The translations under genes and the position numbers were made by a program. From the NCBI GenBank assembly GCA_964016885.1, contig OZ024742.1, forward strand, positions 147,932,001 to 147,996,000: a DNA stretch of 64,000 nucleotides. The letters run 5' to 3'. Shown here one piece after another: positions 26,701 to 41,663 of the stretch. The number at the start of each line of letters is the position of its first letter. Within the stretch, counting starts at the first letter, position 1. This DNA is from Eledone cirrhosa. Its lineage: Eukaryota. The notes below the pieces were generated by a model. That model was not told where the DNA came from. It did no database searches and worked only from the letters and a program-made list of their open reading frames with translations.

Positions 26701-26769
26701 AGGTAGCGACTTGATATTCATTTCAACAAACTTTCCAGTTAAATAACATCAATGAATGAGACTCAAAGA

Positions 26770-27355
26770 ATAATAATAATAATAATGATTTCTTTATTGG
26801 CCACAAGGGCTGACATCAAGAAAAACATTACAGACGGCACAGGACAGTATGATGTGGGTTTTGTGCGTGTAAATATTTTTATTATTTATATAAGAAAAGA
26901 AAAAAAAGACATAGAAACATATATATATATAAACAATAAAAATGAAAATTGAAACAATGAAAAATTCCCCAATAGGGAGGAAACCTCCGAGGGTTACTCG
27001 TGGCGAAAACCACACAAAAGACCACGGCTACCTTGACCACCAGGGCAAGTGCCCTCTCTCAATTTTTCCATTTATCAAACTACAGACGTATATTCAGAGC
27101 GGTCCCGTTCACTCGGACCATTCTCGTTACATTCACCCACCTTTCAACAAACTTGCTAGAAAGCAGCACTTGCCTCTCCACCCTGATTTTCCTCTTCAAG
27201 TGAAACTTGAAAAAGTTAATTAGGGATTCGCCGAAGAGGAAAGTGTCTTTCTTTAACCCTTTCAACCTTGTCCACCACACAATCTCTTTTGCCATGGCCA
27301 CCAGGCAGATGAAAACTGCCTGGCCTTCCTCCTCGAAGGAAGACGGCGGGACCAA
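26770..27355 (-). mobile_element. Second, diverged L1/Tx1 3' fragment with a (TTA)n tail
   Basis: ORF 27080-27355 is homologous to 25878-26099 (AKEI.WW.RLKGLK.DTFLFG.SLINFFKFHL). Confidence 0.8.
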
Positions 27356-28384
27356 GGTACAAGGCCAGCAATTTGAAGTGATTGGGAAAGTTGATTAAAT
27401 CAACCTCAGTACTTACTGGTGCTTTATTTTATTGACCCCATAAGAATGAAAGGCAAAGCTAATCTCAGCAGGATTTGAACTCAGAACATAAAGGACTATA
27501 ACTCTTTGCCGTGAAGCATGCTCTCCCGATACAGTCAATAATAATAATAATAATAATGCTGGTACTTAATAAGTAAAATGAAGATGATTATGATTATCTG
27601 ACACAAAAACTTGAATTTCCAAAACACATGATGATGACAGCCACTGCACTTGCTATTAACTAAAATGTGTGCACTCTGAACAATGGGTTGCAGTTTCAAT
27701 ACTGCAATTGTATAGATTCATTGAGTGGGTGACTCATGGCCGGAGATTGATGAAATAATATCAACGATTTTTGTAAACTTTGTGTATATTATAGTAGTAA
27801 CTTTAGTCATATTCATCACAATGTCAAACTGTTAGATATATTTCCTGGAAGCATGTCACTAAAAGCAAGATAATATTTGTTCCACTTTCTGTATATCTAG
27901 TTGAAAATTGGCATCACTCCTATCTTAGATTACATGGTTAATATTAGCAAAAGCATGCAACTTTCTAAAGAAATATCATAAAAATACCTAAAATTTCAGA
28001 ATTGTTTCTACCCACATGCTAGCTTCAAATAATGGATATAAAACTCTAATAAAATAAATACAACCTAAAAATAAAAATATTAGCAAGATGAATTTTATAA
28101 TAATTCTTTGAGTGCCAAAAACATACAGGTAGTCTTTTACCTCATAGCCATTGTGTGCCAAAGATGTACAAGTATATTTTAGTTTAGTTTATGAAGTACA
28201 GGTACAGTCAAACTAAATAAAGCAAATTTGATCAAAATATCTTTCTTATTTTATTCATAATGATTTCGGGAAAAATGCAATAATTTACAAGTAAAGCTAG
28301 CCTGGGGCAGAAAACTATGAAAAGTGGCACTGGCACTCAAAGAGTTAACAGGAAATTAGATTTAGTAATAACAATAATAGTCTA

Positions 28385-28665
28385 AAGTCTGTCTTAAGAC
28401 AGAAGGCTCGTTAGGTTGGTGCTTATCCTGGTTTCATGACATGAAGCAACTGAGAGTACAAACCTCCCCTGGACAGGCATCCTGTCTGTCCATTGCAGGG
28501 TTAAATCCCCAACTATTACTGGTACTTATTCTCAGCTGAGTATACTGGAGCAATGTAAAATGAAGTGTTTTGCTCAAGAACACAACACACAACCCAGCCC
28601 AGGAATTGAACCCACAACATTATGATCGTAAGACTAACACCCTTACCACTAAGCCATGCACCTCC
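28385..28665 (-). mobile_element. tRNA-SINE of a third type (related copies at 37170-37440 +, 58105-58345 + and 62370-62610 -)
   Basis: A/B-box head, 'cttgagcaaaacacttcattt', then a 'gcaatggac..gc..cctgtccag' domain. Confidence 0.6.
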
Positions 28666-29009
28666 ACATTGGACTTTGGCTCTATGCACGATGATGCTTT
28701 GGGATTGTTGACTTAGGATGACCCCGGCCTCATTGAGCAAGAGTAAGAAGAGAAGAAGAGAGAAGAGAATAACAATAATAAGGATTATTGAGATAACTGA
28801 GAATTGTTGACATGGATTATGAATGCTAATGGAATACCTTCTCAAGATTATTAACATTCTTTCTTTCTGGTTTCATTCATTAGACTTCTGCCATGCTGGA
28901 GCATAGCCATGAATAAATTTACTCAATTATACAGATTCCAGTAAATATTTTTTGAAGTCTGGATATCTTTTTGTTGCACCATTAAATTACAGCTCCACAC
29001 CATATATTC

Positions 29010-30384
29010 TCTCTATATATAAAACGGAAGATGTCTGTCTGTGTGTGTGTGTATGATTTTTATGCATTTCCACATTTCTCTACCGATTTTGATATTTTTT
29101 CCAATGTGCTCCAAATTTACCAACGATGGTCAACTCGTAATAAACTTTGCCAAAAATTTCCTGCTTCTATGAAAAAAATTGATAAAACTAAATACATGCT
29201 GTAACCCTCTCTTACACGCTTAATGCCTCTCTCTACTACCCTCAGGAATGCGACATAAACTTTGAAAACTAAGCAACACATCAATTTATACAACAAACAT
29301 AGCTTTACTCTCTCCGTTGCTCTTCCCTCTCTCTATAATATATTATTCCCCCTCTCTATAATTTAACTGCTTTACTCTCTTCATGCTTTGAGGTTTAACA
29401 CACCTCCCTATAGTTTCTTAGCTTTACTCTCTCTGTCGCTCTTCCCTCTCTCTATAATAGATCATTCCCCCTCTCTATAATTTAACTGCTTTACTCTCTC
29501 TGTCGCGCTTCACTATAGTTTCTTAGCTTTACTATCCCCGTCGCTCTTCCTTCTCTTTATAATAGATTATGCCCCCTCTCTATAATTTAACTGCTGGGGG
29601 AGTCATTGGAATTCCGTATTGACATACGGCTTTTCTGGGGAATTTTAAATCGGCTTATTGCAAATAACCTGCAAAATAACACTTCATATAACAGATTAAT
29701 GCTTTAGACATATGAATCGGAATGTTTAAATTATTTATTTTTTACAACTTTAATTGGTTAAATATTAATATGCCAACACCCATAGTGTTGTACTTCTGGC
29801 AATTCTGCCGAATACACTGCCAAGGATGAACCTTTTCCCCTCGGCGTCAGATATACCATTCGATTTCTGGTAATCCCAATTCCCGGTGAGACCATGTTTT
29901 GCCATGTCCATTAACAAGTCACAAGGGCAAACATTGTCGGTGGCAGGCATCCATTTGGGAGAGCCATGCTTCTCCCATGGCCAACTTTATGTTGCCTGTT
30001 CCTGCGTAGGGAGCAGGAATGGACTTTTTGCTTACACTCCTCAAGGGATGACATGCAAGAGGTGCTATAAATGTTGGTGCAGGTGTTGGAGCTATGCTGT
30101 CTGGAAAACTATTTCCTGGTAGGGTCACCCATGGCGGACAGATCTGAGACCCAGCGGCATCAGGGCCACCATCTTGCAACTTTGGTCTGTTAAATTCGCT
30201 ATTGGAAGATTATTAACCCATCATTGATTGTCCAAAATGCTAATTGGTTCATAACTTTTAATAACCGGTTCAACTGCTTTATGCACTTAATTGATAAGCT
30301 TATTCGCTTTCAAGCCACGTATACCTGTGTGTAACTTTTCATAGCAAATGAACAAACTCGAGCAACGCCGGGCTAAACTGCTAG
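29010..30384 (+). mobile_element. Internally deleted Helitron with a PIF1-like helicase remnant (about 29815-30060) and internal tandem subrepeats (29300-29595)
   Basis: TC start; LPRMNL...[20 protein letters not shown]...[11 protein letters not shown] (PIF1 motifs V-VI); end ctcgagcaacgccggg...ctag|T. Confidence 0.85.
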
Positions 30385-31667
30385 TATACATATGTGTGTG
30401 TTTCTGTATGTGTGACTGCATGCTGGAAAAAACCAGTTCAACTCATGCAAGCATAGAAAAGTGGATGTGAAATGATGATGATGATATATAATGGGCTACC
30501 AGTTTCCATCTACAAAATTTTCTCTTACAAGGCATTGATCAACCAAAAGATATAGAAGATGCTTGCTCAAGGCACCTCACAGTGACACCGAACTTGACAC
30601 AAAGCACTCTACAGAAAGAACCAGGTGCGTTTTATTATAGCATCAGTACTAGGGAATTTGTCATGTCTTTGACACAGCTGAAGTGTCTGCTCAACTTTTT
30701 GTTGACAAGTTTTCTATGGCAGGATTACCTTCATATCACCAACCACTTTACAGAGTGTATTGGGTAAATTTATCATGTAGATCACCAATACTAGAGAAGT
30801 TGTCATCCCTTGAGACAAAGATTCTAGGATTCTGTGTGATATGTCTTTTAGTAAAATTTAATAATTTTTTTATATGAATAAATTCTCTCTCTAAAACAAT
30901 TTTTGTTCCACATAATGTCATTAAAACTAGGGTGGTGGGGATTCTCTGTAAAATATATCAGCAATTTTTAGAAAATTGTATAAGGGTTCCATGACAAAAT
31001 GGGTTTGGGAACCACTGCTGTAGAGCACTGGAGATCTGTGTAAAATAAGGATTGGGAAATTCAATTTCAATCTAAGCACATTATCATCATTTTACATCCG
31101 TTTTTCTGTGTTAACATTATAGATTGAGTTAGTATTTAATCAGAGCTATTGATACTTTAGCCTTTAAACTGGCCATACCCGGCCAAAATTCTATCACCTC
31201 TTTCTGTTCAAATCGGCTGTAACTGGCCACTCATACTGATATTAAGGTATTGTTTTCAAAATAAATAATATCAAAATTTCATAGATTCCATATTATGAGA
31301 TAATTATGTGAGGTAAAGCCTTTATCGCGAAAATAGAATAGTAAATATAGAGTAATGTAAATGCTAAAGGGTTAAACCAGTTAGAAGCAACACCTTGCTT
31401 ACATACATTCCAGTGTTGTCATAGTTTCTACAATACAACAGGATGTTCTTCTTTATGTCAATCCCTTTACAATCTACATAATCATGAATATAGCATTTAA
31501 CATTTTAGAAAACTCAGGAGATGACATTGAATATAAGAAAAGCTAATTTCAGCTATAGTTGAGAAGTAAAGAGTTATGTTTTTATTTTTCCTTATTTAGT
31601 CTATATTTAGGGGCGATAGTTACTGAAATGCTGAAAGCATCTGGAACGGTGGGACACACTATGGTCA

Positions 31668-33177
31668 GACAGAGTCCTCGTGCCATTATCTGGTGAGCCC
31701 TTAGAAAACTAGGGGTTGATGAATGGCTTGTGAGAGCTATACAAGCCATGTATAAAGAAACAGTCAGCAAGGTTAGAATTAACAACGAATATAGTGAAGA
31801 ATTTAGCGTAAAAGTTGGTGTTCATCAGGGCTCTGTCCTTAGCCTCCTCCTATTTATTATTGCTCTTCAGGCTATAACAGAGGAGTTCAAGATCGGCTGC
31901 CCATGGGAACTTCTCTATGCAGATGATCTAACCCTCATAGCTGAATCAATGGCTAAACTAGAGAAGAAATTCCAAACATGGAAGCATGGCCTAGAATAAA
32001 AAAGCCTTAAAGATAACTTGTCTAAGACTAAAGTTCTAGTATGTAGGAAGGAAAATAGGGCACAGGTCCCCACTGGGAAATGGCCATGCTCAGTGTGTAG
32101 GAAAGGAGTAGGCAGAAATTCTATTTTATGTCCCAAATGCAAAGTATGGGTGCATAAAAGATGTAGTGGGATCACAGGTAAGCTATCTAAGAACATAGAT
32201 TTTATATGTGGCCGGTGCTCAGGTGCAATAAGTAGCAATTGCCCACAAGATACTAACAGTGGTGGAGGGTGCTCAGAAAGTACAGTAGCCAGAGTCAGAA
32301 CGGGGATGGAAAAAGTTCAGAGAGCTTACACCACTATTGGCCACTAAAGGTTTCTCTCTAAAAATGAAAGGCAGACTGTATGATGCCTGCATACAAACAG
32401 CTATGTTACATGGCAGTGAGACATGGGCATTGTGTGTAGAGGATCTGTGCAGACTGGAGAGGAACGATGTGTAATAGTAATATACGTGAACAGCAAAGCA
32501 TAAATGAACTAAGTGAGAAATTAGGTATAAGAGGAATCAGATGCTGTTTACTCGAGAGAAGACTACATTGGTATGGTCACGTGATGTGTATGAAAGACGA
32601 CAGCTTTATAAAAAAGTGCAGGGTGATCAAAATTGACAGAAGTTACGGAGTAGGCAGACCCAGAAAAACCTGGGATGATTTGATGAATTCCGACCTTACA
32701 CACTTACACCTCTCTAAGACAATGTCACTGGACCGAGATCTTTGGCGCTACGCAGTAATACAGAAAACCCGCCGTTCCAAAGTACAAAGCGAAACCTACA
32801 GTCAGTAGGCACCTCTTAATCAAATATACACCCCATCCCACTACCCCCCCCCCCCCCACACACACACCTCCATCAACACCACCCCTTTCTCTGTAAAGTT
32901 ATGTTGGTACCACAGCATCCAGTCCTAAATAAATGAGGTCGTGTAGGTGTCACAACAAAAAAACACACAGTCCACGCTGTAATGTGGCTGTGTAGGTAAC
33001 ACGGTAAAAACCTCCCAGTCCACACTGTAAACGTGGTTGGTGTTAGGAAAGGCATCCAGCCGTAGAAAACCTGCCAGACAGTCCTATATGAGTGAGACGA
33101 CCAATCTTGCCTCAAGTGGGACAATTCCCGTCTAAACCCATGCTAGCGTGGAAGATAGACATTAAACGATGATGATG
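31668..33177 (+). mobile_element. 5'-truncated RTE LINE with a long 3' UTR
   Basis: GVHQGSVLS...LLYADDL, Cys-rich insert, GRPRKTW, about 370 bp UTR and (ATG)n tail. The 3' part is homologous to 46357-46923. Confidence 0.9.
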
Positions 33178-34897
33178 AATGGATTGGTAGAATCATTAGA
33201 GCCTTCGGATAAAAAGCTTTGCGGTATTTATTCCAGCCCTTTATGTTCTGAGTTTAAATCCCACCGAGATCAATTTTGCCATTCATCCATAAGGGGTTGA
33301 TAAAATAAAATACCAGTCAAGTATTGTGATTGATACAATTGACTTAACATTCCCTCAAAATTGTTGATATTATGCCTCAATTAGAAACTATTATTATTTT
33401 GGACGCTATGCTTTGACGTATAGAGTTACGGCCCTTGCCATTCTGAGTTCAAATCCCGCCAAGGTTAACTTTGCCTTTCATCCTTATGGGGTCGATAAAA
33501 TAAAGTACCAGTAATGCTCTGGGTAATTGCTGGCCTTGTGCCAAAAGTAGAAACAATTATTATTTTCTCTCAATATTTGAGTAGAATTAGATTACTTCAG
33601 AATTTTTTTAGGGGAAAAGGAAGTTGATTATATTGACTTCAGTACTTGACCGGTACTTTATTTTATCAACCTCAAAAGGATGAAAATAAAAGTTGACCTC
33701 GGAGGGATTTGAATCCAGAATGTAAAGAGCCACAACTAAATGCCACAAAGCCTTTTATCCAATGCTATAATGATTCGGCCAATTCCCCATCCTATACAAG
33801 GGCACATAAATAATAATGGTTTCAAGTTTAATAACAAGGCCAGTAAATTTGGAGGAAGGGGAACGTTGATTGGTATTATATTTTATCGGCTCCTAAGCGA
33901 ATGAATGACATAGTTAAATGTGGTAGGATTTGAATTCAGAACATAATGAGTTGTCACTTAATGCTGTAAGTAATGGTTTCTAATTTAGGTACACAACCTG
34001 CAATTCTTAAGGGAAGGGGAAGTTGATTATATCAACCCCAGTTTCCTGACTGATACTTTATTTTATCCCCCCCCCCCCCCCATGAGGATAAAAGACATAA
34101 TTGACATAATTGATGTTGGTGGAATTTGAACTGCAAACATAGAGACTTGAAACAGATGCAGCAAAGCTCTTTGTTCGACACTAATGATTCTGCCAATCTA
34201 ACACCTCATTTTATTACTAATAATAAATTCTTTATTAATAATTATTTCTGCTTTTGACACAGGGCCAGCAATTTAAAGGGAAGGGGAAAGTCAATTAAAT
34301 CAATCCCAATACATTACTGGTATTTTATTTTAATGACCCTGTAAAGATGAAAGACAAAGCTAACCTCGGCAGGATTTGAACATAAAGGGTCATAATTATA
34401 TGCCGCAAAGCATGTTGTTTAATGCTCTACCAATACTGCCAAGCCACCGCCCGATTAATAATAATGATTTCTACTTAAGGCACAAGGCCAGTAATTTTGT
34501 GGGGGAGGGGAAAGTTGATTAAATCGGCCCCGTAAGGATGAAAGGCAAAGCTAACCTCGGTAGGAATTAATAAGAGGAAAAATAGTGATAGTTGCAAATA
34601 TTAAAATAAAAAAAAGATAGTTAATGTATTTCATTATTTAAATTAATCCCGCTGAGCTTAACTTTGCCTTTCATCCTTACGGGGTCGATAAATTAAAGTA
34701 CCAGTAATGCACTGGGTAATTGCTAGCCTTGTGCCAAAAGTAGAAACAATTATTTAAATTACAGGTTCTTATTTTATTTTCATCTCTATCTTTATCCCCT
34801 CTCCATCCCACCACCATTTCCATAACATGTTAGACATTTTCCATTTAAAGAATTTTGGTACATCAATAGTGTTTTCACAAGCATATATAGATACATA

Positions 34898-35120
34898 ACT
34901 GCCTATTTTTATGTACCTACAGGAAAAAAAATGAAAACATATGGAATATTACATATGTCTTTGTTGTGTGGTGTGTGTGTATGTATGTATAAATATGTAT
35001 GTGTGTGTGAGTGTATAGAGAGAAGGGGAAAGGATGTGTATATATATATGTATTTATAGACGCATGCACACGCCATATGTTTTCATTTTTTTTCTGTAGG
35101 TATGATAAAAATAAGCAGTT
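34898..35120. repeat. Short inverted repeat (~48 bp arms) around a microsatellite spacer, MITE-like
   Basis: aactgcctattttt..cctacaggaaaaaaaatgaaaacatatgg vs ccatatgttttcattttttttctgtagg..aaaaataagcagtt. Confidence 0.7.
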
Positions 35121-38100
35121 CTCTTTCTATAAATGTTTGAGCATTTAAGAATTTTAAATGTATTTTATACATGGAAACATGCATAAAATAATGAATATGT
35201 TCACATAAATTACCAAATTCATATTGCACAGAATCTCAGCACACTCCTTAACCCTTTTGATACCAAAGCACCAGAAACTGCTCCTAGTTATACAATACAA
35301 AACTGTTTATTTTAAAGTATTTATCATCATCATCATTTTATGCCTGTTTTTCCAAGCAGGCATTTTGGACAGGTTATCACAAACCATGTCAGTACTAGAG
35401 TTACTATCCTCCCAGATTGGCCAAAGGCCATGCCTTGCTTAACCCTTTAGTATTTACATTACTCTATATATACTATTGAATTTTTTTGGTAAAGGCTTTA
35501 CCTCACATACTTATCTCACATAATATTGAATCTACGAGATTTTTATATTATTTATTTTGAGAACCATACCTTAACATCAGTATGAACGGCCGGTTACAGC
35601 CCATTTGAACAGAAAGAGGTGAGAGAATTCTGGCCAGATACAACCAGTTTAAATGCTAAAAGGTTAATTATAATCTGGTTTTGGCATGGTTTATACAGCT
35701 GGATGCCCTTTTTATCACTGACCACTTTACACAGTGTACTGGGATCATTTTATCATGGCACCATCACTAAAAACCTTCCATCATAATTTTATTTAAGAGC
35801 CTTTGTTAAGTTGTGTTCCAAATACCACTTTGATAATGAAAATGTTAATTACATTACTTAATCACACCAAATTCTCAAATATATCCAAAAGATTTGAAAA
35901 TTATAGGCAGTATCTTTCAATAGAAAGGTATTAAGGAAAGAGATAAATTTCCATTTCTTTGAGTTTGAATACTTTTATTGGTTTATATATGTCTCCTGGT
36001 TTTTAGAATAAAAATACTATGTCGTAAGAGGTGACTAAAGGGGTTGGCATCAGGAGGGTTGTAAAACATTGTCTCAAAACATCCTGTCCAACCCATACCA
36101 ACATGGAAAACAATGGTGATGATGATGATATGTATATTGCTAAAATAGATTGATGATGATGATATGTATATTGTAAAATAGATTGATGATGATGATATAT
36201 TGCTAAAATAGATAAAATGTCAGATAATAGGCCACTAGGTTGTAACATGGCTAAAGGTATTTGATTTCACATTTTTTCTAAATGACAATACAATCCTTGA
36301 AATATTACGGTGCTCTTTCTTAATGTTATAAGAATTGCAATGCAAGCCTAAGAAGTTTTTTTTTTTTTTTTGGCAATTATACAGCCCAAGAACTCTATAA
36401 AACGCAAGCCTGGATATATATATATCATTGTGGCATATAGTTATTTTCTATTTAAACAGATGGAAATGTGTGTGGGGGCGTGGGTATCATCATCATGTTG
36501 GTTGGTAGATGTAACATGGGTGGTAGAATTAATCCATTGCTCAGTTTTAACACCACCACCTGGTCCTCCAGTGTATTTAATGGAGTCCACCCTCTTGCAA
36601 GTATTTGGACTAAGTCTCTGATTTGAAGATAAATTTCTCTGCTCGTCCTCACAATTCTTGGAGGCCCTGAAATGGGAATGCGTCTTCTTTGACTAAAGTA
36701 AAAAAAATACTAAAACAATGTTGCAGTGATTATCTGCAAATGTATATGTAACTAAGGCACAGCCATCTCCAGTTATCAATGGAAATAAATTGGAAATTTA
36801 TTATTCTGTTATTTTTTAGCTCTAATTGAATTTGTGGATGACAATTGTTTTTGTTGCTATGGCTCATACTGGAGCAGGTTTAGCTAGCTTCCTATGAGTT
36901 TGTATTTCATGGGATGTTTCTAGGGTTTTTAGGAGCCCTAATCCTATCCTATTACAATTTCCCCACCGATCTACGGCCTTGGACAGCTACTTTATTTATT
37001 AAACTTGTATGAATGAAAGGTAAAGGTGACCTTGGTGTGATTTGAACTCAGAGCAGAGAGCTAGAGCAAATACTGCAAGGGATTCTTTTGGACAGAAGTG
37101 ACCGACACTGAATAAAATTAGGTGTCAACTCCACTCATGAAGTTATCAAATATAGTTTTTGAAAAGTCAGGATGCATGGCCCAGTGGATAGGGTATTAGA
37201 CCTATGATTGTAACATCATGGGTTCAATATTTGGAGCAGGTGGTGTGCTGTGTTTTTAAGTAAAAGACTTTATTTCATGTTTCTCCAGTCCACTCAGTTG
37301 AAAAATGAATATCAGCAGTAACTGACAATTAACCTTGCAATGGACTGGTGTCCTGTCCTGTCTTGTACTCTCAGAAGCTTAATACTACAGAAACCAGGAT
37401 AAGTTCTGATCTAATGACTTGGGACAAACTTTAACTTTTTTTAAAAACTTTATAGCTTAGAAGAGTAGGCACCCAAAAATTCCCTAACTTTTTGATATTT
37501 GGAAATTCTTCTTTTTCTTTTTTGCATATAAGACAGCAATTACATGACGCCTCCCCCCAGGCACAGCAACCAGCTCATGGTAGTGAGATTAAGGAACATG
37601 AGGTCCACAGTCTTAGGCGAGCGAAGATCCAGGCACTCACTTAGTATATGTTCAGCAATCTGCTCTAGCGAGCCACACTGGCAAGTTGCATTGAATCAGT
37701 TGACACCTGTGCATAGCCAATTCAGGGAAACCCACTCTCTCCAAGAGGTTAGCACCTGGGGAGAGGGCTGTATTGGGGATGACATTAAGTTGGATTTTTT
37801 CAAGATCTGAATAGTATACAATGTTGTGACGTGACTTAAGTTCATTTATTCTGTGGGTGTTGTGTTGGACCTCTGTTATTTCCAACGAGTGTTCCAATTG
37901 ATTTGATCAATGGAACAGCTTGCTTGTTAAATTAACATGTAAGTGGCTGAGCTTATACTTAATTGAAAGACCAGAATTCAAATTTAAGGATAATAGAAAA
38001 CTTCACCTACAGCCCAGGAAACCTAATCTATGTGACTACATACTGTGGATGTCTTCAAAATTACATAGAACAGATGAGAATATCATTATGCAAAAGAATT

Positions 38101-41100
38101 ACCATTAGATTGGCAGTATCGGTAAGGGTCGGACGCCATGCTTTGAAGCATAGTTACCTCCCTTTATGATCTGAGTTCAAATCCCACCGAGGTTAACTTT
38201 GCCTTTCATCCTTACGGGGTCGATAAAATAAAGTACCAGTAATGCACTGGGATAATTGCTGGCCTTGTGCCAAAAGTAGAAACAATTAATGTCCATTTTC
38301 CATGCGAGCATGGATTAAACAAATTATATATATATATACACACACACAAGTGCATATATATTGTGGAAGTAAATATAGTGGAGAGTTCAGACAGGTTAAT
38401 ACCTGTATAAATAAGTATACAGAGTGACACTCAAGTCACACGATTTGAAATTAAGACATAAACCTACATAACTAAAAACTACAAAACAATTTGTCCAACA
38501 CTGCCATTTCTGCCAATTTGCTGCCCCATGTAATAATAAAAATTATGATTTCTGATTTAGACACAAGTCCAACAATTTTTGGGGATGGGAAAGTCGATTA
38601 AATTGATCCAGTGCATTACTGGTATTTTCTATAGTCGATCCCAGAAGAATGAAAGGCAAAGCTGACCTTGACTGGATTTGAATTCAGAAAGTTTTAAAAC
38701 TATAAAATGAGCTAAAGGTAAAAATTAGATGGCAGGATGTTATAATATAATATGAAAAAATACATTTAAAAAGTATTGTCAGCATAAAAAAAAAATTTTA
38801 TATGAAAAAAAACAAAACAACAGACTTCTAAGTAACTAACTATTCTAGATTATTATAAAATACCATGTAACACCCAAAATATAAAACCTAAGAGAAAATC
38901 TATTATTCAATTTCTAATCTTATTAATATAAATTGTGATGAAAGCAAGTAAATTAGAAATAACGTTAAATTAACAGGTAAAACTGAAAAATGAAAATAAA
39001 ATTTAAAATAACAATAAATAAAACACTAAATAGAATAAGTACAGTAAAATAAACAAATGCCAGTAGTAAATTAGCAGATTATTCCATCTGTTGTTGACTA
39101 ATATCAATATAAAATGAGTGACAGATTAAAGTGATTAAGGATTAGTGGACCACAATGAAAAATCTATATAGAATTGAATTTTATGTAATGATAATTATTA
39201 TGCAAACAAAAGGACAATTAAAGAAGCTTATTAACCTCTTAATGTCCTGTACAACATAAAAGCTGCATTAGTAAGAAATTCTTAAGAACAAAACACCACT
39301 GTGGCTGCATCACATTAATAATTAAAGTCTTTCTAATACTGCAAATGTTCACGACAAGCTGTTCACTAGTAAAGATTCTATAAACATTTGAATTGACAAA
39401 CACTTTTTAGATATTTTCTGTTAAATCATTAAAGGGTGTTAGATGGTTGTAAGTACACACTTGCATGTCTTTTAGAATTAAAAAAAATAATAATAATTTA
39501 TGCCCAAATAACCACATGATATTTGAAAGAAAATTTCTCATTCATTAAATGTCAAAATTACTGCATTAATTTCTTTTTTTTTTAAACATGAATTTCTTAA
39601 TTTTTTTTCCCTCACCTGAAACTCTAATTAAGTTGCATAGAAGATTATTTTATCAGCAAGAAGTTGAAAACAATTTGGAAATTAATACAAGCATTTCAAA
39701 TCCATTTTTCTGTACTAAAGTAGGGGTTAATCTTGTGGATCCCATGTCAGATTTGATCATGCTAATCATGGGGGCTTTCTTGAAGTAACATTTTATGGCC
39801 AGATGCCCTTCCTGGCACCAACCCTTTTAGCCACCTCTTATGATATGCAGAGATACAATGTTCCTATTCTAAACCAAATGCACACACTGAATTTGGAAAT
39901 TAATAGATATTAAAAATTATAGTTTTGAATCTAAATGTGACATCTTTTATGTTAATAAAAAGAAACAAGCTGAAAACAATTTGGAAAATTAGAAAATTAA
40001 TAGAAATTATAAATTATGTTTTAAATTAACCCTTTTAATACCAAACTGCCCATTTTAAATCTTCATATTTAAATTAAAATCTTCCAACATACTTTGATGT
40101 AAGAAACTATTAAGTTACGTTACAAATAATTACTTAATATTAATTACTTAGTAATGACATGATTAATAATTTTAGTAAATTCCTCCTAGTTTGTCCATAA
40201 TTAATTGAAATACAATGTATCACATTAGAAATACAATCACAAAAGGGTTTTAAAAGCGATATATTTTATGACAGTACCTAAAAGAAAGAATCAAACAGAC
40301 ACACATAATTCAAAGAATACAAAATAACGATGATGATGAAAATGATGATGATGAATATACTGCTGTGTTATATACATACACTTTGGATATTTGTTACGTC
40401 TTCCCAAACAGTTTAACAGTGACAACATCAACTAAGTCCAAGAAGTACCACCACAAGAGAAACTACTAATGGATGATACAGCTGTGTGCAATGCTAACAA
40501 CACAAGTGCCTCCTGTACCCAACAAACCTACTATTTCAGCTGTAGACGATCTAATAATAAAGAGATAATGCTGGTTATCTACTTAGATATAGTTAGGTGT
40601 GTAAACCTAACACATTTCAGGTTTCCATTGATTGAAATAGATTTTTTTTTAATTATAACTTGTAATAATAATGAAGTTGAGATAAACATATAATACCAAG
40701 TTTTTATAAAAATTAGCTCCATTGATTAATAGCTTATTTTTTATATTTAATAAATATTTTTGGGCCATCATTTCACTATATATGTGACTACTCTGGATTT
40801 GTGTATGTTTGTGATAGATATCATGTTAGCACAGTTTTCTAAATTAAGAATATATTATCAGTGCTCCACGGGTATATATGTAGTTGTTTTTTTAAGCTAT
40901 ATATTATGATAGAAAGTGTGTTTAGACATTTTTAATATAAGCTATCTGGGTTTCTTAGTGGGAGGTGATATACTTTCTCTTTGGTGATTCACAAAACCGT
41001 ACAAAACAAAACAAAAAAAAAAAAAACAGGGCATCAACTGCTTATGAATTTGTTTCTAGTACTCAAAGAGATAGCACTAATTCTATTATGGAATTGAAGA

Positions 41101-41513
41101 TAAAGAAGAAAGATGAGATTAAAATTTTGTTGCTATAAAACAACATAGTAAAAATAAAGCAAACAAATCAATATTAAAATAAAATACCAGTAATGCACTG
41201 GGATCGATTTAATCGATGTTCCCCTTCCCACAGACTGTTGGCCTTGTATCTAAATCAGAAAGCATTATTTGTTGACTTTGCCTTTCATCCTTACGGGGTC
41301 GATAAAATAAAGTACCAGTAATGCACTGGGTGATTGCTGGCCTTGTGCCTAAATCAGAAAGCATTATTTGTAAAAGACACTTTAGAAAGAAATACAATAT
41401 TATAATATACTAAATTTTGATTCATGACAATAATTTTACATGGTGGTGGAAAAAAAAATGTATCTATTGGATTTTTATCATGGTGCACTAGTAGAGAGGT
41501 TGTCATATCTTTG

Positions 41514-41552
<39 letters not shown>

Positions 41553-41663
41553 CAATCTCAGAGATGCAGCACTTAATATTTATTGTAATAAAGTTAAATC
41601 AACTTAAAAGGTTTCTTTTAGTTTTTCTTGACAGGCCTACCTATCCCAATTAAAGAACCACGT

